Assembly (NCBI GenBank): GCA_009914755.4
Contig: CP086569.2
Location: 17,408,001-17,472,000, forward strand
Source of the DNA: the human T2T-CHM13v2.0 reference genome, Homo sapiens
Direction of reading: 5' to 3'
DNA: 64,000 nt
The translations under genes were made by a program, and so were the position numbers. A model generated the notes under the pieces. That model had not been told where the DNA came from. It saw nothing but the letters and a program-made list of their open reading frames with translations, and made no database searches. This document shows, piece by piece, positions 14,199 to 25,747 of this stretch; the first letter of the stretch is position 1, and the number at the start of each line of letters is the position of its first letter.

Positions 14199-15604
14199 TT
14201 GTTAGTTTTCCTTCTAACAGTCAGGGGCCTCAGCTGCAGGTCTGTTGGTGTTTGCTGGAGGTCCACTCCAGACCCTGTTTGCCTAGGTATCACCAGCAGA
14301 GGCCAAAGAACAGCAAATATTGCAGAACAGCAAATATTTCTGCCTGATCATTCCTCTGGAAGTTTTGTCCCAAAGGGGCACCCATATGTATGAGGTGTCT
14401 GTCAGCCCTACTGGGATTGTCTCTCAGTCAGGCTACATGGGGGTCAGGGACTCACTTGAGGAGGCGGTTTGTCCTTTCTCAGAGCTTGAACACTGTGCTG
14501 GGAGAACTACTGCTCTCTTCAGAGTTGTCAGACAGGGACGTTTCAGTCTGCGGAAGTTGTGTGCTGCCTTTTGTTCAGCTACTCCCTTCCCACAGAGGTG
14601 GAGTCTGGAGAGGCAGTAGACTTTGCTGAGCTGCAGTGGGCTCTGCCCAGTTCAAGCTTCTTGGCCACTTTGTTTACCTACTCAAGCCTCAGCAATTGTG
14701 GATTCCCCTTCCCCCGCCAGGCTACAGTGTCACAGGTCAATCTCAGACTGCTGTGGTATCAGTGAGCAAGGATCCATGGGCGTGGGACCCACCAAGCCAG
14801 GCATGGGAGGGAATCTCCTGGTCTTTCGGTTGCTAAGACCATGGGAAAAGTGCAATATTTGGACAGGGAGTGTACCGTTCCTCCAGGTACAGTCTGTCAC
14901 GGCTTCCTTTGGCTAGGAAAGGGGAAATCCCCCAACGCTTTGCACCTCCCGGGTGAGGCAACACCCGCCCAGCTTTGGCTCACCCTCTGTGGGCTGCACC
15001 CATTGTCCAACCAGTCCCAGTGAGATGAACCAGGTACCTCAGTTGGAAATGCAGAAATCACCCATCTTCTGCGTCAATCTTGCGTGCAGAACAGAGCTGT
15101 TCCTATTCGGCCATCTTGGACGTGACTCCGAGAGATTGTTTACTTAACCTTTTTATGAAGCTAAGTATTTTGACATGATGTGTATATTGACTTGAGACAT
15201 GACTTTTTTTCAAGTCATATTATTCCCTGATTTGGAAGGTTTCAATGTGCATAAAAATATAGATACCCAAATAAGAACTTATTTACTTTTTATTGTATTA
15301 TTTAGAACCTCTGTTATTTTTCCATTCATTGTAACTCTTTGCTCTTATTAGAAATCCTTTGTAGAAATGATTGCTGAAATCTGGTCTTCAAGTAATTTGA
15401 ACATTGAAAAATCATTTAACATTTTACATTCTTAGTTGTGTGTATGAAATAAAGTAATGATAGAAACAACAATGACCTAATGTCTCTGACTTGACAGTTT
15501 TTCAATCACACCTTCTTCATGGTTTGGATGTAGACAAAGGTAAACTCTAGGTCATTGAAATACCACAGATCTGCTCAAAAAAGTAAAAAAATGGCAGCTG
15601 ATTA

Positions 15605-15640
15605 TACACACACACACACACACACACACAACAATCACAC
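15605..15640. repeat. (CA)n microsatellite
   Basis: The run acacacacacacacacacacacacaacaatcacac is visible. Confidence 0.85.
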
Positions 15641-15949
15641 AGATCATCTGTCTACTTTAGTGATAATTGCTAACATAACTTATTAAGTTGAAGTAAATAA
15701 AGTTTTGGTAAACTGAATGCTTCAGTTGAAACCACTAGGGGGTCATTACAGAATATAATTTTACCAGAGACCTGGTGGATGTAGTTGGAGTACATCCTAG
15801 TGCTCCTTTTTCAATATGCACCTTCATGCAGATCTTTCAAACCAACTGATTTCACAGACCACCATCAATGGTGACCAATGGAGATCAATACTTGCTAAAT
15901 TTTGGAAATAAAATAGTAATGGAACTTAGAATCTAGCTATATGTATTTG

Positions 15950-16300
15950 CTAGTGCTGCCATAACAAAGTCCCACAGAATGTGCGACCTAAACAACATTT
16001 ATTCTCCTACAGTCCTGGAGACTAAAAGTCTGAGATCAAGGTGTCACAGGGCTACTTCCTCCTAAGCCCTCTCCCCTTGGCTTGTAGATGCCATCTTCTC
16101 CCTGTGTCCTCATGTGGTTGTCTCTCTCTGTGTCTGTGTCCCAATCTCTTCTTATAATGATGCCAGTCCTGTTGGATCAGGGCCTACCCTAATGACCTCG
16201 TTTTGTTTTAATTGGCACTTTAAAGGACCTATCTCCAAATACAGTCACTGTCTGAGGTACTGGGCTTTAAGACTTTAATATGTGTGTTTGGGGTAAATGC
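15950..16300 (-). mobile_element. ERVL-MaLR-type solitary LTR (MLT/MST-like family; exact subfamily not determined)
   Basis: The sequence gctgccataacaaagtcccacag...ctaaacaacatttattctcctacagtcctggagactaaaagtctgagatcaaggtgtcacaggg...cttggcttgtagatgcc...ctgtgtcctcat...cttataatgatgccagtcctgttggatcagggcctaccctaatgacctc...tctccaaatacagtcactgtctgaggtactggg matches the recurring MaLR LTR architecture. Other copies occur at 21265, 54553, 55481 and 61150. Confidence 0.5.
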
Positions 16301-16449
16301 TGCTTACATGAAAATGGAGGCAAAGTAATGTCAAACAAACAATCCAAATACAGTCACTTTCTGAGGTACTGGGCATTAGGACTTTAATATGTGTATTTTA
16401 GGTAAATGCTGCTTCCATGAAAATGGAGGCAAAGTAATGCCAAACAATT
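16235..16449. repeat. Tandem duplication, 2 units of about 108 bp
   Basis: The unit ccaaatacagtcac(t/g)(g/t)tctgaggtactgggc(t/a)tta(a/g)gactttaatatgtgt...ggtaaatgctgctt(a/c)catgaaaatggaggcaaagtaatg(t/c)caaaca occurs twice head to tail, at 16235-16343 and 16344-16449. It spans the 3' edge of the LTR. Confidence 0.8.
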
Positions 16450-16494
16450 GGTGAAATTTTTATCAAACAGCTTGTGTCAGACATACCACTGGTG

Positions 16495-16868
16495 AAAATG
16501 TACCATATATATACACAATGGAATACTACGCAGCTATAAAAAAGAATGAGATCACATTCTTTGCAGAAACATGGATGGAGTCCTTAGCAAACTATCATAG
16601 GAACAGAAAACCAAATACTGCACATTCTCACTTATAAGCAAGAGCTAAATAATGAGAACACATGGACACTTGGGGAGGAACGACACACACTGGGGTCTAT
16701 TGGAGGGTGGAGAATGGTAGGATGGAAATAATCAGGAAAAATAACTTAATACTAGCCTTAATACCTAGGTGATGAAACAACCTGTACAATACACCCTCAT
16801 TACACACTTTTACCTATGTAACAAACTTGCACATACACCTATGAACTTAAAAGTTAAAAAAAGAAGGA
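16495..16868 (+). mobile_element. Older L1 3'-end fragment
   Basis: The sequence ...cacaatggaatactacgcagctataaaaaagaatgagatcacattctttgcagaaacatggatggag...ctcacttataagcaagagctaaataatgagaacacatggacac...acaaacttgcacatacacctatgaacttaaaagttaaaaaaag matches the sense L1 3'UTR. Confidence 0.75.
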
Positions 16869-17067
16869 ACATGTAGAATATAAATTTTATTCTTTTCTTT
16901 TTAAATAACTTATAGTAAATAAACCTCAACAGCAGACTTCACATATTTTTATACTGTTGTTAGTAATATTTTCTCCTTCATTTTGTTTCCCATTCCCATG
17001 TCTTTTCCCAGATCATACCTGCTTTCAGTATTTACTACTGAAATAACAGAATTGAACACAAACCTAT

Positions 17068-18065
<998 letters not shown>

Positions 18066-18344
18066 ATAAAGACATATTTTGACACTTTCTATTTCTCAAG
18101 TTTAGCTCTATCTCAGCAAGATTAAGACAGGTGAAGAGGTGAGTTTTTTGGTGTAAATGACCTTCTAAACTCCAAGGAATGGGTTATAAATGGAGACTTT
18201 TAAGTAAAAACTTTAAAACATTGCTTTATCACCACTGGTGAATTAATCTCAATATCATACAATATTTAACATTATTTTTCATGAAACAGAATTTTGGAAA
18301 TAGGAAATACATATGTTCCCATTTACAATATTTATCATACTGAT

Positions 18345-18682
18345 TTTTTAAACTTTTAAGTTCAGGGGTGCATGTGCAGGACTATTACATGGGTAAATGC
18401 ACATCTTTCATCATGCAGGTAGTAAGCCTAGCACCCATTAGTTATTTTTGCTGATCCTCCCCCTCCTCCCACCTTCCAGTAGGCCACAGTGTGTGTGTTG
18501 TTCTCCTCTGTATGTCCCTGTGTTCTCATCATTTAGCTCCCACTTGTAAGTGAGAACTTGTGGTATTCAGTTATCTATTCCTGCATTATTTGCTAAGGAT
18601 AAAGGCCCACAGGCTTCATCCATGTTCCTGCAAAAGACATGATCTTGTTCTTCTGTTATGGCTGCATAGTATTCACGCTGCT
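18345..18682 (-). mobile_element. L1 3'UTR fragment
   Basis: The sequence ttttttaaacttttaagttcaggggtgcatgtgcagg...gttctcatcatttagctcccacttgtaagtgagaacttgtggtattcag...ttatggctgcatagtattc matches the L1 antisense 3'UTR. Confidence 0.75.
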
Positions 18683-18852
18683 TTTAATATAAGAAATACA
18701 TGCCCTGAACATATATTTTGCATATTTAGTTACCACATAAAACTCAGGATATAGATTCTGATTATGTCTATTGTAGAATCCTGCAACTTACAGTGTTTTT
18801 AAAAATTTTTCCATCATTCTCATGTTTTGCTTTAAAACTTTACAGAGAAGAC

Positions 18853-19171
18853 TAGGCATGGCGACTCACGCCTGTAATCTCAGCAGTTTGGGAGGCTGAG
18901 GTGGGTGGATCGTTTGAGTTCAAGAGCTTGAGACCAGCCTGCCCAACATTGTGAAACCTTGTCTCTACTAAAAAATAAGAAAATAAAAAAGTTAGGTGGG
19001 CATGGGGGTGGGTGCCTGTAGTCCCAGCTATTCAGGAGGCTGAGGCAGGAGAACCACTTGAACCTGGGAAGTGGAGGCTATAGGGAGCTGGGATCATGCC
19101 ACTGCACTCCACCCTGGGTGACAGAACGAGACAGTCTCTAAACAAATAAAAACAACAAACCAACAACAAAA
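18853..19171 (+). mobile_element. Alu SINE
   Basis: The sequence ggcatggcgactcacgcctgtaatctcagcagtttgggaggctgaggtgggtggatc...gcctgtagtcccagctattcaggaggctgaggcaggagaa...ccactgcactccaccctgggtgacagaacgagac is followed by an A-rich tail. Confidence 0.9.
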
Positions 19172-20224
19172 CTTTACAGAGAAAATGAAAAGTAACCACT
19201 GTTGATAATTTTCCTCCTCACCATTAGGCATGATTATTCGAATTCTCTCATCATCTAGGATATAGAAGTAAAAAACGTACAAATCACCAAATTGCTAATA
19301 AAACTGTAGGAATTATTTATATGTGTTCTTTTCATGTCTCAAGCAGAGAAACTGCATCTCTACAGGTTTCAGCACATTTATCCAGAGTTGTTATGATAAA
19401 TTTTCCAAAATGATCCGAAATTGCTGGTCCACAAATTCCTTTAAGATTTGTAAAACCTCAAATGTAAATGCAATGTATTTGTATGTGATGGTTTGACTAC
19501 TCAAGCTTTATCACAAAAGATACCTGTATTTATTTTAAAACATTTTAATAATGTACTTACAGAAGATGTTGCAAAAAAATGCTTCAGAAAAAAAGAAGAG
19601 AAGAAAGAAAAACAAACACCAGATTCCAATCCCCCTATTATGCAACTTACAATTTTTTCATTTTTTCAGGAGCAGTCCATAGCTTTTTTGAACCCTCAAT
19701 ATGTCCAGTGTGTTTAATGGCTCTGCCAATCTAGGAAGGAGAGAATCAACAAGAGCAGAAACGTCCTCTACTTGGTCATTTAATTAAAGATAATAAAAGA
19801 CCATTTTGCTTCTTCACAGGCTTGAGTAAGCAGCATGGAATACTGTAATAGCGATTATTAAATGTTTAAATATCATGCTTAAATTTCTGATTTGGGTTAT
19901 TATTTTTCAATTTTAAACAGTGCATAGTGACCCTCCCTGTAGATGGCAATATTATTCAAAACACAACATCACCTTTTATCTTCAGGAGATTTGCTGTGCA
20001 TTACAGGTGAAGTGAGATTGTGTCACAGACATAATATTAAATACATATATTATTTTATATACTTGGGGAATTGGATTTTGGAGATATGGAAAAAAAGACT
20101 GAATAAAACTGGCAAAATCTTGACAATTGTTGAAACTTGGTAAATAAACCTAATAGACAGAAAGATGCTAGATGTTTTTTTCTGATTCTCTCCCAACTCC
20201 TACCTTCCAATCTCAAGTAGTCCC

Positions 20225-20315
20225 CAGAGTTTCCCTATATAACAAACCTGCACATGTACCCTGAACCTAAAATAAAAGTTAATACAAAAATAAATAAATA
20301 AAATAAAAAGTGCTT
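20225..20315 (+). mobile_element. Short L1 3'-terminal fragment with A-rich tail
   Basis: Only about 60 bp of informative sequence is present: ...ctatataacaaacctgcacatgtaccctgaacctaaaataaaagttaatacaaaaataaataaataaaataaaaag. Confidence 0.4.
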
Positions 20316-21099
20316 CTGTTTTCCTTACATGTGTAAAACAAAACAAAGATCTTAGATAGACAGATAAATGATAGATTGATAGACATCTTGTGTGGTTGAA
20401 CAAGTGGGCAAAGATAAAACGTGCATCCAATTCCATATGACTTAGTGGATGTTTGTGTTTATTTTTATTTATTTTTTTGATGTCAGAAATCAATATATTA
20501 CAAAAGAAAGTTGTTTTCCCACTGTTCACTGATTTATTGTCTACTTTTGAATTTGTATAAAAACAACCAATGGTTGATACATGGAGGAAAATCTGGAACA
20601 TGTTCTACATTACTGTTACTTAGAAAATAATAATAAATATCATTGCTTAGCTATGTAGATGATAGTTTTATTTAAAGGTTTAAGTCAATGAATCACCTAG
20701 TTACAACACAGTGTATGACACCAAGCTGCAGGAAGGCCTAGTACATATTTCTTGGATGCCTGGATTAGGGGAATATTTTGGAAGTGGTTTGTAAAATGGA
20801 TTAAAGATGATATAATGAGCACATGGGCTGAGGGAGTGGAGATAAGGGACTTGAGTGGTGTGCTCATGCACTACTATGCACAACAGTTATGCAACATGAA
20901 CAGATGAGTCCATCCTAGTGAGTAGAAATGGGTCAAGCATCTGTGAACCTCAAACTGCACTATCTGTGTGTGCTTTTAAAGTGTACAACAGCATCGGACA
21001 GACAGCCTGTCAAAAATTGCTGAACATGAATATCCTTTGTTTGCCATATCTGATAATGAAAAAAAGCAAAATTTTGTAGCACTACATGGATTATATGGA

Positions 21100-21135
21100 T
21101 GTGCGTGTGTGTGTGTACGTGTGTGCACGAATGCG
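21100..21135. repeat. (GT)n-like microsatellite, interrupted
   Basis: The run gtgcgtgtgtgtgtgtacgtgtgtgcacgaatgcgtacac is visible. Confidence 0.6.
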
Positions 21136-21264
21136 TACACAAGCTTATGCATCTGTGATAGCCTTTCAAATCAAGTCAAAAATATTTTATTTATATTCTT
21201 ATTCTATAAATTATTTATAATGTGTGAATTTATATTTGTTATGTTCTGAATTCTAAATTTTGGG

Positions 21265-21830
21265 TGCATACACACCCAAAATTTCTATGTCAGAGCCTTA
21301 ACCCCCAGAACCTCAGAATGTGATTATATTTGGAGACAGAATCTTTAAAGAGGTGATTAATGTACAAGGAGGTCACTAGGGTGGGCCCTGATGCATGCAA
21401 TAGGACTGGTGTCCTTGTAAGAAGAGGACATGAGGATACAGACACACACAGAAGGACAATCCTTTGAGGACTCTTCAAGAGAAGATCTCTTGAAGCCAAG
21501 GAGACAGGCCTCAGGAGGAATCAGCCCTGCTCATGCCTTAATCTTAGATTTCCAGCCTCCAGGGCTGTGAGAGAATCAATGTCCGTTGTTTATAAGCCAC
21601 CCAGTCTATGGTATCCTGTTATGGCAGCTCGAAACAGACTAAGACATCGCATAAGAAGAGGAGATGAGGACACACCCACACACAGAGTGACAACCAGGTG
21701 AAGAAACAGGGAGAAGACAGCATCTATAAGACAAAGAGAGAGGACTCACAACTCTGGGAGAATAAATATCTGTCCTTTAAGCTGCTTAGTCTGTCATCCT
21801 TTGTTACAGTAGCCCCAAGAGTAAAAAAGG
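21265..21830 (+). mobile_element. MaLR-type LTR (21265-21646) plus an abutting partial second copy of its 3' half (21647-21830)
   Basis: First copy: ...acccccagaacctcagaatgtgattatatttggagacag...ggtgtccttgtaagaagaggacatgagg...gaagccaaggagacaggcctcaggaggaatcag...tagatttccagcctccagggctgtgagagaatcaatgtccgttgtttataagccacccagtctatggtatcctgttatggcagctcgaaacagactaagaca. Second copy: ataagaagaggagatgaggacac...gggagaataaatatctgtcctttaagctgcttagtctgtcatcctttgttacagtagcc. Confidence 0.5.
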
Positions 21831-21861
21831 TCCACATTATCCCAATGTATTATTTACAGGA

Positions 21862-22052
21862 GATACTATATATGTATAAATACATATATACATATGTATA
21901 GATACTATATATACACATATATAGATACTATATATATACATATATAGATACATATATATACACATATATATACTATATATATACATATATATATACATAT
22001 ATAGATACTATACATATACATATGTATAGATACTATATATGTATAAATACAT
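21862..22052. repeat. TA-rich tandem repeat (atatacatat / tagatactatat units)
   Basis: Repeated gatactatatatacacatatata / tacatatatatacatatatagatac units are visible. Confidence 0.8.
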
Positions 22053-23159
22053 TCTTTTAAAAATTTTCAATATCCAGTCATTCCTGGATATTGAGTGACA
22101 TCTTGTAAGAGCTTTCTTGCTGTTGGGGACTAACTAAAACATCCCTAGGCAGGGCAGGGAATTTTGTAGTAATCTAGTGTTTCTTCATTAATTAAGAAAT
22201 CAATAAGAGAAAATATATAAGATTATTATGCTAGTATTAGAAGGCATCTTTTTCATTTAGAATGTATCCATAATATAGTTAAGATTATACAAATTTAAAG
22301 TGTAATCCTTACTTAGTCCACAGGTACTTATTATTTGAATTTAATAAATGTGTTTTTATAATCAGGTATGTTCTACATTAATCACAATGTAGGTCAGTAT
22401 AAAAAGATGGTACTCTGAAGAAAATATTCATGGTGCTAAAATTTTATCTTTCCTTAGAAATAATATTTTTTAATCATCTTGAAATATTCAGACTAGAATC
22501 CTGATCTGTTTTGCTGAAGTGATGAGACAGACAAAAAGAAGAATGTGATATTAAGTGGCCTGCTGTCAGAAATATGTAGTAATTAGTTTTTGTAATGATG
22601 TCTAGAATAATACACATCACTTAAAAGAGGAAAGATAAAATATTAAAAATATTTTTTAAAAAGCCCACATGTCAGAGGAAACTATGATATTTTAAGATAC
22701 CTTGTGGATGTGAAATGTACCAGTCACAAAAATAAGTGGAATAAATAAAAACATGAGTTACTTATATTAGAAAAATTATAAAGAAATATTTCTTTGTTTT
22801 AAGCAACCAAACTTGTAAATGTCGAACCTATGTAATAATCCTAGATGAAAATAGATCTCACTAAGATTTAGCATTGATTGCTAAGGATAATTACACATTT
22901 TATGTGTTAAATATACATATACCCTAAAGTTTGCTATTTTAATCATTATTAAATGTACAATTCAGTGGTATTAATTAAAATCACAATGCTGCTCAAGCCA
23001 TGAGCACTATTTTCAAACCACTTTAATTACTCCAAAGAGAAACTCTGTAGCTCTGACTCCCTTCTTTTCCCTCCCCTGAGCTCCTGGTAACAGTTATCCT
23101 ATATTTTCTCTCTATGAATTCGGCTATTCCAGTTATTTTATATAAGTGGGATTATGTAA

Positions 23160-23595
<436 letters not shown>

Positions 23596-23962
23596 TAAGA
23601 CTAAATAATATTCCACTGTATGGATTGGCCACATTTTGATTGGCCGCCGATCAACTGATATACACATGATTTGTTTCCAATTCGTAGCTATTTAAAGAAT
23701 GCTTCCATGAACACTCATGTATAATTTTCTGTTTGAGTCCTGTCTTTAATTACCTGCACCTGAATTTGAATAGTGAAATTGCTGAGTCATATAGTAATTC
23801 TACTTTTAATTTTGAAAGGAAGCATCATATTTTTACCTGTAATGACTATAGCATTTTACATTCTCACCAAAGATGAATAAGTACTCCTACATATCCACAT
23901 CCTCACCAACACTTGTGACTTTACGATTAAGAATTATTTTGTTTTTTAACATTTTTTTAATT

Positions 23963-24086
23963 TTTTTTTTGGTAGAAATGCTCTATCACTGTGTTGCCAG
24001 GGCTGGTCTCAAACTCTTGGTCTCAATCCTCCCACTTTTGCTTCCCAAAGTGCAGGGATTACAGACATAAGCCAGTACTTCTAGCC
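23963..24086 (-). mobile_element. Alu monomer-like fragment (FLAM/FRAM-like)
   Basis: The sequence tttttttttggtagaaatgctctatcactgtgttgccagggctggtctcaaactcttggtctcaatcctcccacttttgcttcccaaagtgcagggattacagacataagcc is the reverse complement of an Alu left-monomer-like sequence only. Confidence 0.55.
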
Positions 24087-25006
24087 AACATTATTTTCAA
24101 CCGTGTACATATACTAAAGAATTACTCCCAAATTAGACATGACTCACTAAACCCTGGATGAGGACCTATTAAAGATGGTCCTCCTAGGTGAAAGGTAATA
24201 TCTGAGTTGGAGAGAAAGCAGTGCCTTATTTTTCTAAACCTGAAAGACAATGGTTGGCAAGTGAATTAGTCCATTTTCTATTGCTTATAACAGAATAGGG
24301 AAATTAATATTTAAAAAATAATTTATTTATCACAGTTATGGAAGTGAAGATGTCCCAAGTTGAGGAGTGGTATCTTGTAAGAACTTTCTTGCTGTTGGGG
24401 ACTCATTGAAAATCACCAGGCAGTACAGGGCATCCTATGTTGAGGGGTCTGAGTGCGCTGGCTCAGTTCTCTCTCTTCCCCTCTTATTGTGCCATGAGTC
24501 GTACCCCTGTGATAAACCAACAATTCATGAACCTATGAGTCCATGACTTAGCAAATTCTTTCATTCATGTGGAGCCCTCATCACACAAATAGCTCTCCAA
24601 GGCCATATCCATCAACCTTGTCACATAGAGGATTATGCTTTAATATGAGTTTTGGAGCAGACAAATATTCAAAACATAGTGGATTTGAAAATAGTGATGA
24701 TGTTTGCACAGCACTGGGGAGGAGAAAAAGAGGAAAAAGGTAAGTAAATTCAGGTGTCATGGAGACTTAAAAGGAAGAGTTTCTAGAGTTTGACAGTGTG
24801 AAAAAAATTGGAGCAGGGTTGAGGGACAGCTTTAAAATAATGAAAACTTTGGAATATTTTACAACTAAACTATTAAATCTGTTACTTTAGTATATTATTG
24901 AAGATTCTTCAGAGAGATAGAATCAATAGGATATAGAGATAGATAATACAGATATAGATATAAGAGGATAGACATATATTTAGAGATATAGAGATAAAGA
25001 TATAGG

Positions 25007-25335
25007 TTGGGTGTGATGGTTGATGCCTGTAGTCCTAGCACTTTGGGTGACCAAAGCAGGAGGATCCCTCGAGCCCATAGTTCAAAAACAGCCTGGGCCA
25101 TATGGCAAAGCCCCATCTCTAGAAAAAATGCAAAAACTAGCCAGGTGTCTGGGTGCATACCTATAGACCCAGGTATGCACCAACATACCTGGGACTGCAG
25201 GTTTGTTGTAGTCTGAGGTGAGGCTGAGGTGAAGGGATGGCTTCAAACTGGGAGGTTGAGGCTGCAGTGAGCCAAGATCACACCACTGAACTCCAGTTTA
25301 GGCTATATAGCAAGAGCCTGTCTCCAAAAAGAAAA
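25007..25335 (+). mobile_element. Old Alu (AluJ-like), flanked by GATA/TAGA-rich low-complexity sequence
   Basis: The sequence ggttgggtgtgatggttgatgcctgtagtcctagcactttgggtgaccaaagcaggaggatccctcgagcc...ctgcagtgagccaagatcacaccactgaactccagtttaggctatatagcaagagcctgtctccaaaaag is a heavily mutated Alu. Confidence 0.85.
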
Positions 25336-25582
25336 GATATATTGATTACAGATATAGATAAAGTTAGCTATTTATAGGCATAGATATAGATGTATAAGAG
25401 GAAACTTAAAGGGGGATTGGCTCATGCAGTTATGGAGGATGAGAAGTCCCACCACAAGCTATGTCAAGTCAGAGAACCAGGGAGCCCAGGAGCATGGCTC
25501 AATTCATTTCCGAATATCTCATAACTAGGGAAGCTGAAGGTGTAACTCTCATTCCGAGGCTAAAGGCCTGAGGACCTGTGAG
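25215..25582. repeat. Copy 1 of an intra-window duplicated segment (Alu right arm plus about 250 bp of flank)
   Basis: Aligns by eye to 28509-28890 at roughly 85-88 percent identity, for example ...gcagtgagccaagatcacaccactgaactccagttt...gatatattgattacagatatagataaag.tagctatt...ggcatagatatagatgtat.agagg.aactta.aggggatt.gctcatgca.ttatggaggatgagaa.tcccacca... Confidence 0.7.
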
Positions 25583-25681
25583 GTAACTGGTATAGTCCTG
25601 GAGTTCAAAAGCGAGAGAACCTGGAATTCTGTTGTCTAAGGGAAGGAGAAGTGTATCCCACCTCCAGCTTTAGGAGGAAGA

Positions 25682-25683
<2 letters not shown>

Positions 25684-25736
<53 letters not shown>

Positions 25737-25747
25737 TGTCTGTCTGT
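25684..25747. repeat. (GT)n microsatellite of about 27 units, followed by (CTGT)3
   Basis: A perfect gtgtgt... run of about 53 nt, then ctgtctgtctgt. Confidence 0.9.

Noticed and set aside
16235-16449. Possible CRISPR-like array (tandem repeats 16235-16449, 36490-36645, 53440-53535)
   Set aside because: This is eukaryotic DNA. The units are 38-108 bp, imperfect, without unique spacers of fixed length, and there are no cas genes. They are ordinary minisatellites or tandem duplications.
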